From: Trichosphaerium sp. ATCC 40318
Lineage: Eukaryota; Protista; Tubulinea
Assembly (NCBI GenBank): GCA_038496445.1
Contig: JALMLS010000546.1
Coordinates: forward strand, 1 to 47,041
Direction: 5' to 3'
Length of the DNA stretch: 47,041 bases
The first letter of the stretch is position 1, and every line of letters begins with the position of its first letter. Positions 25,973 to 40,710 of the stretch are shown here, one piece after another. The notes below the pieces were generated by a model. The model had not been told where the DNA came from, did not search any database, and worked only from the letters and a program-made list of their open reading frames with translations. The translations under genes were made by a program, and so were the position numbers.

Positions 25973-27187
25973 TTACCTTCCATCATGTGGTTTAGATGTT
26001 AGTTTGCCATTTTCATCCCATTGTTTGGATTCGCCTTGTTTGTTGCCATCAACCCACATAAACTGATACTTTAGTTGTCCATTCTCATGCCATCCTTTGT
26101 CTACACCTTGTTTTTTGCCATCAACCCACACACACTGACACTTCAGTTGCCCATTTTCATACCATACTTTACTTACACCATGTTCTTTATCCTCTTTCCA
26201 CGAGCCCTGATATTGTATTTGCCCATCATTGTGCCAACTTTTGGTTTCACCGTGCTGTTTATCCTCAAACCACATTCCCAAAACTTTGAGTTGGCCATTC
26301 TCATGCCATTCTCTACTTTCACCATGTTGTTTATCATCAACCCACATGACTTGTTCCTCAAATTGTCCATTCTCACGCCATATGTTACTCTCACCATGCT
26401 GTTTACCCTCAACACACGTAAACTGATACTTCAGTTGTCCATTCTCATGCCATCCTTTGTCTACACCTTGTTTGTTACCATCAAACCACATGGACTGATA
26501 CTTCAGTTGCCCATTTTCATACCACCCTTTACATTGGCCTTGTCGCTTACCATCAACCCACATGGACTGAAATTTTAGTTGACCATCATTGTACCAAATT
26601 TTACATTCACCATGTTGTTTATCCTCAACCCACATGGCTTGGTCCTCAAGTTGTCCATTCTCATACCAATTTTTGCATTCACCATGTTGTTTACCATCAA
26701 CCCACATGTACTTATCCTCAAGTTGTCCATTCTCATACCATCCTTTATGTATACCTTGTTTTTTGCCATCAACCCACATGCCCTGATACTTTAGTTGTCC
26801 GTTCTCATGCCATCCTTTGTTTTCACCATGGGTTTTACCTTTAAATTTGCTGCACTGTTGCTTCAGCTTTCCATTTTTATACCATCGCATCCATAGTCCT
26901 TTTGGTTGCAATATTTCATCAAAGTGTGTATTAATTGCTGCTCTCTTTGATAGAGTGTGGAATTTTGTAAATACTTCTACATTGAAAGTACAAATGTACG
27001 TTTGAAGTTCACTTGGAATATCCAATAATCTCAAAGAATCTGATTTGCTGTCCAACTTTTGTTTACGTTTGGAAAGAGACTTTAAACAGAAAAAAAGTGT
27101 TAGTACTAAAAAAAAGACATAAGGCGGATCGAAACACTGAATAGATGTTAGGATTTGACTTGAAATAACATTATTTTGTCTTAGCAC
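25973..27187 (-). CDS. F-box-like + MORN-variant repeat protein (intact); true start uncertain, probable acceptor before 27079
   Basis: LLDIPSELQTYICTFN near-identical to the 20829 paralog; ~12-13 repeats of 24 aa WxENGQLxxQxMWVDGKxxG. Confidence 0.9.
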   Translation of the reverse strand: MLRQNNVISSQILTSIQCFDPPYVFFLVLTLFFCLKSLSKRKQKLDSKSDSLRLLDIPSELQTYICTFNVEVFTKFHTLSKRAAINTHFDEILQPKGLWMRWYKNGKLKQQCSKFKGKTHGENKGWHENGQLKYQGMWVDGKKQGIHKGWYENGQLEDKYMWVDGKQHGECKNWYENGQLEDQAMWVEDKQHGECKIWYNDGQLKFQSMWVDGKRQGQCKGWYENGQLKYQSMWFDGNKQGVDKGWHENGQLKYQFTCVEGKQHGESNIWRENGQFEEQVMWVDDKQHGESREWHENGQLKVLGMWFEDKQHGETKSWHNDGQIQYQGSWKEDKEHGVSKVWYENGQLKCQCVWVDGKKQGVDKGWHENGQLKYQFMWVDGNKQGESKQWDENGKLTSKPHDGR

Positions 27188-28414
27188 TAGGCCTGATTTT
27201 TTTGGACAGTGTGAACATAGGTAGCCCTTTGCAACTCTGCAAGCTATACCATGAGTATATATATCCTCATGCAGTACTTAACGTGAGCATAAGAACAGAA
27301 AGTCACGTGCATGCTACAAAGTAGGCTTAATGCTAAAATAGAAATAGCGTTATTTCAGGTCAAATTCTATCATTTACAAACGATAGATTAGAGGTAAGTT
27401 TTTGAGCAACAATAGCTTCATATACGGTAATTGTTATGTGTGAAGGCTAAAAGGGAAAGTAATTAAAGAAAAACAAAGTTTTGTTTTTTTTCAACACAAA
27501 AAATAAGACTCTCGTTTTTGTAAACGCTGTTTGCTACAAAGAACCTTCAGCCCGTTTTACTTTGTTTTTGTACGTACCATACTTTAATTAACTAATTAGA
27601 CGGTAAACTGCTTTTAATATTAATAACAGGGCTTGCGCTGCTATATACGACTCTCGGAGTACTTTTTGTTTTTGTGTTTTGATGAACGCTATTCTGCTGA
27701 CTTAATGACTTTTTATTATCAAGTCAGTTTATTGACACAACGGTACCTTTCACACATGCCTAAATGGCTTTTTTTGCTTCACACACCGTCATTGACTTAT
27801 CAAGCCATTTTCATTACCTCTAGAGCATCAATAGTGAAACATTACAAGGTCAAGAGTTGTATGAAGTTGTGTAAAGTAAGCGACGAATTGTGTATTTTGT
27901 CCATCAAAAATATGGTTATCTAAAGAACAGTAGCATGGTCAATACCGCCTATCACCAATGCATATTTTGCACACCTACCATTACCTTCATACCTTCTTCA
28001 ATCTCCTTTGTCACTGTTAGGTTGGACAACATTAATACCGAGCTTGCAAGGCGTAGAGATTGTAAAAAAAATGGAAAAGAAAGGAGAGTTGATTTGTTTG
28101 TTTCATCATCCACATGATCACGTGATAAGTCAATAAAATATTTATTTTGTGGCTCATCCGTATGGCTTCAATAGAATGTAGGGTTGTTTTGTTGATTGAT
28201 TACCATATCACCAGCACCTCAGAATTCTTTTTGACAGATGCCAACAGTGCATAGAACTAAGTCCGTATTCTTTCGAACTGTTTACCGGTCGTGAAGAAGG
28301 GTACTATTCGATAGGTAATGATGTTAATCTTGCAATCAAATCAAGATCCGGAAATTGAGCGAGTTTTCGTTGGGTGAATCACTTGTAATCACTATATAGC
28401 CTATAAAAACGGAC

Positions 28415-30104
28415 ATGAAGGCCTCACAAGTAATCTGTCTATGTGTAATACTAAGTATTGCTGTTTCTACAGCAGCGTTGACGAAAATTCTGCCAAGGCG
28501 TGTAAAACCAGGAGATACCGTTGGTTTTATTTCCCCAGGTGCGTAGAATACTCACACATTAGGTTTTGGCGTTAATAACGTTTTCTAGCGTCAAATGTTA
28601 TGGCAAGCGAACCAGACATTCCAGGTGCGTTAAAATAATGATTTATATTATTTGACACGATATACAGCGTATAAGAAGCATGTAGAATCAGCAATGGCCA
28701 CAGTACGTCCAAACGGCTTTCGGTTGGTTCTGATCGATACACAGTTAGATTTAAAGGTTAAATGGGCAACACACGCATTTAGTCAGTACGAACATTCGCT
28801 GTCAACCTCAAATCGCACAATAAGCGCTTCATATAGCTAACCATATAAAGGTACGGGTATTTAGCTGGAACTGATGCTCAACGGGCTTCTGGTACGTCCG
28901 TTATCAGCTAGGATTTCTCTAATTTCGGTTTTTTTCGAAAACAGACATTATGGACATGTTTACTGATCCTAATGTTTCCTTGATTATATCAAACAGAGGC
29001 GGTTGGGGATGTAACAGATTATTACACCTTGTACGTAGTTTAAACTAATCTGATAATTGCTTTGGAGTTCAAAAAAACTATACAAATATCTCATATTTTT
29101 CTTGGTTTTTTATTGGTTCGAAACAACTTGCTGATCCACGTAGTTGGATTATGATGTCATTGCTAGAAATCCAAAACCGCTAGTAGGATATAGTGATCTT
29201 ACAGGCCTCATAAATTCAATTAATCATAAATCAGGCTTAGTTACGTTCCACGGGTAAGCATTTATCTTTCTTTTCATTTTTTTTTTTGAATGTTTATTGC
29301 AATGATTTCTGAATGCTTCAAATAGACCAATGGGCGTGGACAATTGGGAAAATGTCAACCCAAAGTTTATACGTGAAGTTTTAATGGAAGGAAATATGCC
29401 AACGTATGTACCTACCCAAAATTTTAGCGTAATTGTACCTGGTAAAGCTCAAGTACGAACAAAAAAAAAGGAAAACTCCCATTCTTATTAATGACCTGCA
29501 GGGAAGGCTTATTGGTGGCAATCTAGCAGGTAACATATCATATATGCCATAGAGGACAACTAGCTTTGAAAACTCGACAGACAGAGCAATATAACCAAAA
29601 CATTTCATGGTTTTTTGCTTTTGCTTTTTTTTTCTATTGCATTTCATTCTCATAGAATTCTAGTATTTTCAAGCTTGATAGCATCTCCATATTTCCCTAC
29701 AATTGGCCAAAATGAAGACGTTATACTTTTCCTTGAAGAAGTTGGAGAGTATCCATACAGGATAGATAGAATGATGACAACTCTTGTAAACAATGGATTA
29801 ACAAACCGTGTTAAAGGCATCATATTTGGATTGTACGTTCTACCCACGAGTTTCTTACTTTCATGATTTGTTCCTAAGTGATGTTAGATTCCATAATTGC
29901 AATGAAGTGAACCCAACAGGTGGTTTTGACCTACTACAAGTGCTTAAACAGAAAGTTGGAGATCTCAATATTCCAATTTTCTATGGCGCTGACTTTGGAC
30001 ACGACATTGAATCTGGTCAGATTGTACTTCCTCTTGGAACTCAAGTTGCAATGGATGCATCTATTGGCACTATAACATTACTTGAAACTGCTGTTAGGGA
30101 TTAA
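28415..30104 (+). CDS. Secreted LD-carboxypeptidase (peptidase family S66, LdcA-like)
   Basis: Signal peptide; PGDTVGFISPAS, YLAGTDAQRA, RGGWG, GYSD (Ser nucleophile), HGP, GGNL, LEEVGE, FGH; 10 short introns. Confidence 0.93.
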
Positions 30105-30326
30105 AGTACACTGTCCTTGCAGGAGATGTTAAAAACCAATAAAACGTGGATTGAAACGTCAGCCAAAAAAACAACAATTTCGCTTTTGCTTCTTTTTTAT
30201 TACACTGTAATATCTATGGTTATTTGGTTGTATCTAGCTGCTCAGAGAGACAATTGTAAAGCAACAACGCTCAATTTGCTATCTGTAGATGAGTTAAACC
30301 ATGTGCTGTGTTTGAATGATTGAAAG

Positions 30327-31169
30327 CTACAAGAAATCAAAACAATATTGTAAGTTCAATGATTTGATAGCAGCTTCTGTTATTTTTGTATCTCCATAGA
30401 CTTCAATAATTTTAAGAGCTTGCAAGTGTTTCAAACAATCATTTGATATATTTGGACACTCATTAAGTGTGAGATGTTCAAGACTTGTTAAATCCTTCAA
30501 GCCTAAATCAGTTATCTTATCACAAACATTAATATGCAAGTGTTTAACATTCTTTAATCCTTGTAATCCATAATCTGTTGTTTCATGTCCAGCAGAAATG
30601 GAAACTGTGTTTACATTTGCTAGTTCTCTAAGCCATTCATCACTTGCAGTATTGAGTCTGATTGTGTGAGCATCTCGTAGCTCTTTTATTCCTTCAACAG
30701 TAATATTCTTACATTCAATAAGGCTTATAGAATGCATTTCTCTTAATAGCTTTAATGAGACATCTGTAATCTCTGTATGATCAAGTTGAATATCATAAAC
30801 AGGTTTCTTTCCTCCTTGAACTAATGCAGAGATACCAGAGTCTGTCACGCTTGAAAGTGCAAGGTTTATTGCATGAACACCTGAGAGATTGGATAGGTCA
30901 TTGTCTGATAGAGTTAACCAAGTGCAATCAATTTCTGTGTTGGTAAGCAACGGGCTTCCTGCAAGAAGTAAACAATCTGATGCTACAGTCAATTCTATGT
31001 GAATAAAGCCTATATTACAACGAATGATACTATTAAACAGGCGAGAGACTGTCGTAGCTTTAATACGCTGCTTTCTGTTTAAATTGCGTAGAATATGCGT
31101 TAGTATCTCTGGTGGAACCTTATAAAGAGTGCTATCGTGTTTTTTAGATTGTATAGCACTCTTGGACAT
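30327..31169 (-). CDS. Intronless F-box/leucine-rich-repeat protein
   Basis: LYKVPPEILTHILRNL F-box; cysteine-containing LRRs (CKNITVEGIKEL, CDKITDLGLKDL, CPNISNDCLKHL). Confidence 0.9.
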   Translation of the reverse strand: MSKSAIQSKKHDSTLYKVPPEILTHILRNLNRKQRIKATTVSRLFNSIIRCNIGFIHIELTVASDCLLLAGSPLLTNTEIDCTWLTLSDNDLSNLSGVHAINLALSSVTDSGISALVQGGKKPVYDIQLDHTEITDVSLKLLREMHSISLIECKNITVEGIKELRDAHTIRLNTASDEWLRELANVNTVSISAGHETTDYGLQGLKNVKHLHINVCDKITDLGLKDLTSLEHLTLNECPNISNDCLKHLQALKIIEVYGDTKITEAAIKSLNLQYCFDFL

Positions 31170-31740
31170 GGTGAGTGCGTGTTATGCGTTGTAATGACTT
31201 AAGTTGACTTGTCATTTTAGAATTTCAAATCCACGATCACACTGCCGTATTTGCACCAATACGCAACCTGCAATTTGTTTATAATAATGCAAAAAAAGGC
31301 TACAAACTAGACCGTCTAGACTTTTGTAACTTATTGCTCTTTTATTCACCAGGTTTACTAAGAATTTAACATGTTTTTGAGCTTGGAACTTACGCCATGG
31401 AAAGAGCACTTTCTAATGCTCATTGGTTCTCAACAACAACACCTGAAACAGGCTGGGACTAAATAAGCCAAACCCTGGCTCCCTTTTGGCGGCGAATTTT
31501 GCATAAACATAGGAGACGCATCAGAAGCTTCTAGCTTGGAAAAAAAACTCTAGCTTCGGCTATACATTAACTTTGTATCTGCACGATTTGAAACAACCAC
31601 AACTACAAAAAACCTTAACACACTTGTAACTGTACAATAAGAAAGCTAAAATAAATAGATAACTAAGAATTACTTTCCAAGTTTTAATATCTGCAACAAA
31701 TGAAATTGTGAGTTGTAAATGTGGGTGCTAACTTTAATAA

Positions 31741-33118
<1,378 letters not shown>

Positions 33119-33354
33119 TTTGTTTCAAACTTGATATTCGTTAAGTATATTTTCGATTTGGTCAAACACCTTTTATAGGTCATGTTTGCTCTATTCCAAA
33201 TAGACAACCCATTGAGTTATACTGTCAAGTGGAACCCATAAAAGCCTATTTAGTTCTTGTTTATGAATTTTATTTTAGGAGCGTGTCACATGCGTGTTAG
33301 TACAAACAAGCGATAAACATAGAACATTTTACAGCACATGTCAGTTGTTTATGT

Positions 33355-33510
33355 TGTGTTTACGTCAGTGATAAACGCGAAGGAGAATTCAAGAGCTGGC
33401 ATTACTATGACCAATAGGATGAGCAGTACGACGTGGTATGAAGACAAAGTGAAAGCGTATTCTGCATACAGCAATGGCGAGTGTGTAGAAGAACATACAG
33501 CAACATGAGA
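33355..33510 (+). pseudogene. Decayed MORN-repeat fragment
   Basis: CVYVSDKREGEFKSWHYYDQ* then TWYED...; aligns with CFYVDDELHGEYISWH of the ORF at 4. Confidence 0.5.
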
Positions 33511-33953
33511 ATGATACATTGCAGGTTGCAATTATATTGCTACGTAGAACAATGAGTTTTAATTTCTTCAGCACGTGATGCTTCTTTGTTTGCTGTGACA
33601 GTTACAGAGTTCTGGGTTGCAACAATGGGAAAACCTTCCAGCTCTGCCGATTGTCTACGCACCAACCTTTGTCCTAGAATTTGTTTACAAGTTTTCTTTT
33701 ACGTAGAAAATGACAGCCCAACTTCTGTGCACTTCAAACAACATCTCCTCTTTAACGTACGACAACTTGATGCAACGTACTGACACTTTGACACCAGGCA
33801 ATAAGACCGTGCGTTTACCTCGACAATGCGAGTACGCAAGCGAAGAGGCTTACTGACGTTCAAAACAATGTTCAGATAATAATACAAAATAATGTTTAAA
33901 AAAGTCAAAGTGATTTCTCAAAGCGAGATAGTAGTAGAGCCGTTACCCCTCTA

Positions 33954-35498
33954 ATGAGTATTGTGTCGGCCTCTAGCCCCACGAAGCCACTACAGTTCCA
34001 CTACAATCGTCACAATAGCCCTGGATCACTCAATTACAGGAAACGACCATTTCGAAACGCACAGCCTTGGAACTTCTCCTACACACCGTTTCCATCATGC
34101 GATTTCCCTAGAAAGCGTGAAAGGTCTGTCAGAGAGTCAGACAACACGTACAACAGAGCTACAAAGCGGTCCAGAACAAGTCGCTTCACAGCCGTCAAGT
34201 GCGCAACAGTAGACGTTGTATTAATTACTCACTGGCCGAATAGTTTTTTTCACGCGCTTCCAGATGAAATAAAGTGTTTTGTATTTTCCTTTCTAGATGT
34301 GCAAACGTTATGGACAATATCGTTTTGCTGCTGGAATTGGCGCAATTTATCAAACAATGATATGTTGTGGTTTGAAAAGTACAGTCGTAAGTGGCGTAGT
34401 CATGTACGCACGCGTGAAGTTCTTTGTGGCTCAACACAACGCCCCTCCGTCAAAGAATTGTACTGTTTGCGCCGTGCTGTCGAATTACAACATTTCTTTG
34501 CCCCAAACGCTTGCCACGAGGCACCAGATGATGCTGAGGTACTTATCAATCTAAAATGCCATTACGCGTGGAAGAGGTTTTTTTTTTGTGAAACTTTATT
34601 TCTCACCAACTTTTCTTTATTACCACAGCGCATTTTACGCAGCTGCAATTTTTTTTTTAGCGGTTTGAATTTTTTGTTTTGAAAATCAAAAGTTTCCCTC
34701 TCAGAAAAAACCGCTCACTACAAGCTTACCCATTTACGTTTTCACCCTCACACGAACCCTTTAGATATATCACAGATGGGGCGAAACACTTTACAACGAA
34801 GCAGCTAATGTTATCACCTACCAACCTCGTCAGGGTGATTGGCTATTTCGTGTAGCGTTTCAGGAGTACCAGTCAGCGGTGGCCCTCCGCCCAGACGTAC
34901 GTTTGGTTCGCCTTTTTAGTAGTCGTTAGAGCCTGTATCTATTGTATTACACGTTTCTTTTCTGATCATTTTTTATTTAGTTGTATGAAACACTTATCCA
35001 CTGGGGAGATGCACTGAGTGATTTGGCAAAATCTAAAGAGAACTTGGAGGACAAGAAAAGTTTGTTTCTACTCGCTCAACAAAAGTACAATCAAGCCAAG
35101 AGTAGGATGCCAATACACTTAGATAGGTAGGTGAACCACCTCAAGCATTTTTGTAAAACTGAAACCGTTCCTTTTCTTTGAATTCTTCGTAGTAAAAGCC
35201 TAGTTAGTTAAAAAAGACCCTCTCCTACATCTAACTCTTGAGTACTCATACATTTTCTTGTAGGACAGTAAAGCTAGGCTCAGAGGAGAGCGCTGCATTA
35301 TTCTTTGAGAATTCACCTCCTCGTAATGAGGTAGTAGTGCGAAGGTCAGAGCCTCAACCAAGCATGTTTGGGATGTACAATAATTACAATGAAGAACCAC
35401 GAAGAAAAGCCCAGATGGTTTCATTAGAAATGCCAGATTTCGACTCTTGCGAGCAAGATGAAGGCAACTATGGCTACGAGCCAATGAATTGTGGATAG
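33954..35498 (+). CDS. F-box protein with TPR-like helical C-terminal repeats
   Basis: LPDEIKCFVFSFLDVQTL...CWNWRNLSNNDMLW; spliced repeats HRWGETL...AFQEYQSA and HWGDALSDLA...AQQKYNQA; 3 introns. Confidence 0.85.
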
Positions 35499-35713
35499 AG
35501 AAAGGCGATAAAAAAAAAAACCTGTTGTAAATGTAAAAATTTAACTCGCTTATTGTTTTCTAAACATGTTTTATTTCCTGTTTTTCTTGAAGCCAGCTGT
35601 AATCGTAGGCCATACTTAGCAATTGCGAGTTTGCGTAGACACCTTCAACTAGAAAGGATTGCAAAGTGGGGTAATAAATCAAGACCTTCTTACTGTGCAG
35701 CCCGACTGAGCCT

Positions 35714-36709
35714 CTAACTCTTCTCACTTGGAGCTAATTTCCTAGATACAAACTCTTTGTAAAGTTGTGGACATACCCTTGTTTGAGATATAGCTAGAGT
35801 TATTGGTGTCTGCCCTGTGTTATCCTTCTGGAGGTGATTGGCGCCGTGATCAAGTAAATACGCTAGAATGGACGGCTTCCTACCTGCCACGGCTAAGAAC
35901 AAAGCGCTAAATCCTTGTTTTTGATGCGTTTGATTAACATTTGCTCCACGTTCGACAAGCAGTTTGACACACTCTAGACTTCCAAACTCACACGCCATCA
36001 TGAGCGCTGAACACCCATTATCTCTCACATCGTTTACAGGAGAGTCATTATCCAACAGTACTTTGAGAACCTCTACTTTTCCATTTTCTGCAGCACACAT
36101 AAGCGCATTGGCTCTGTTTCTCATAATAGTGGCTGGTTTTGCTCCCTTGGATATCAAAAACTCAGCGATAGAAGCATGTCCGTTGCTTGCAGCAGTCATT
36201 AAAGCTGTATAACCGTCTTGTCTCTGAGCATTTACGTCAACGCCTTGTTCAATCATTATCTTGGCTAGCTCAAGCGATCCACTGTCAGTAGCAGCCATGA
36301 GGGAGTTGTATCCGCTAGGTTTTGTTGCTTTCACGTTTGCACCCGATTTAATGAGCGCATCCACCGTGTCTACGCTGCCGGATGTACAGGCAATCAAGAA
36401 TGGGGTATATCCACTGTGTTCAGCTGCATTCGGATTAGCTCCTTGTTCAAGCAATATTTTAACAATGGCAAGCTGTTTTGCTGCTACTGCATCCATTAAA
36501 GGCGTAACGCCTCTAACGTACGGTTTATTCACGTTAGCGCCTTTAGTTATCAACAAATTAACCATTTCTAAATACCCATTGCGTACTGCAAGCACCAGTA
36601 GAGGTATACTAGGGCTAGATTCCTCTGGGTAGGGTTTCCCTTCCAACTCTCTTTTAACGCAATCTATGTCATTGTTTTTGACAGCTTTCTGTAACACAGC
36701 GTATGCCAT
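35714..36709 (-). CDS. Intronless ankyrin-repeat protein (331 aa)
   Basis: About nine G.T(P/A)L..A...G....V..L...GA.VN repeats. Confidence 0.95.
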   Translation of the reverse strand: MAYAVLQKAVKNNDIDCVKRELEGKPYPEESSPSIPLLVLAVRNGYLEMVNLLITKGANVNKPYVRGVTPLMDAVAAKQLAIVKILLEQGANPNAAEHSGYTPFLIACTSGSVDTVDALIKSGANVKATKPSGYNSLMAATDSGSLELAKIMIEQGVDVNAQRQDGYTALMTAASNGHASIAEFLISKGAKPATIMRNRANALMCAAENGKVEVLKVLLDNDSPVNDVRDNGCSALMMACEFGSLECVKLLVERGANVNQTHQKQGFSALFLAVAGRKPSILAYLLDHGANHLQKDNTGQTPITLAISQTRVCPQLYKEFVSRKLAPSEKS

Positions 36710-37118
36710 GCTATTTACTAGTTTACAGTTGCTAAATGGATGAAATTAAGGAAGAGCAAGTCTGACCACGTGCAACTAAACGACGCGTAAGATATAGGGT
36801 AACTTTAAATTCACCTGACAACAACTTCTGGTCCTGAGCATAGGGTCGTATCATCCTACTAAAGCTGTGTGATCAATTTAAAACCTGCTTATGGTGCTCA
36901 CTGCTCTTATGACTCGAGTAAGATCCGAAATTAAAATTTGTACTGCCCTATCTAGAATAGGTACAGGTGGCGCTGTTACAGAAGTAGTTCTATAGAAACG
37001 CGGGTGGAGTTATTGCCAAGGCTCTGAACTAAGTAATACACTATTAAAAAGTTTGTCCTTTGAAAATTCGTCGTTTTTTGAAAAAGTTTTTTGTTCAGAT
37101 ATTCTTCCGTTGATAGCA

Positions 37119-40317
<3,199 letters not shown>

Positions 40318-40710
40318 AAAAAAAAAAAAGACATCAGTATTTACAATTAAACTTGATTTTTACACAATACTGGTTTTTTGACTATTAACTTTGGTGAGTT
40401 TTAAAGCGAATGACCTCCAAAATTCAACATTGTTTTTTAAGGAGGGTTTGTAATTGCCGTTTCTATTGCAAAGACTATAAATTTCGATAGGATCTGTGAC
40501 AACATTTCTTGCATTTCATTTTTGTTTGCTACAAAGCTGCTCGTTTCCATACATTGTTTAATCACAACAGCACACACTATTAATAAAAACCATAGGCAAT
40601 TGATCTCCGACTATTATTCATTGGGGGTACAGGATGCGAACTCTAATATGAACTAACTTAAGCCATATTTTTAAAGAAAACTGATAATATTTATTACAAC
40701 ACCAAAAGGT

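Noticed and set aside
19666-26794. Many overlapping antisense and alternate-frame ORFs over the MORN genes
   Set aside because: Shadow ORFs produced by the 72-nt repeat periodicity.
19679-26900. Regular repeats resembling a CRISPR array
   Set aside because: In-frame 72-nt coding repeats with no repeat-spacer structure and no cas genes; eukaryotic context.
27900-28010. Minus-strand KYALVIG suggesting a caspase-like relic
   Set aside because: Single short motif with no further support.
25920-28095. ccttaaactt (25925) and aaggagag (28081) resembling U12 and U6atac snRNA motifs
   Set aside because: Flanking conserved sequence and structure are absent.
35964-36632. Plus-strand ORFs antisense to the ankyrin gene
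   Set aside because: Shadow frames with no independent protein features.
36860-37030. Hairpins between the ankyrin gene and PCCB
   Set aside because: Short imperfect stems within a divergent promoter; no recognisable RNA family.
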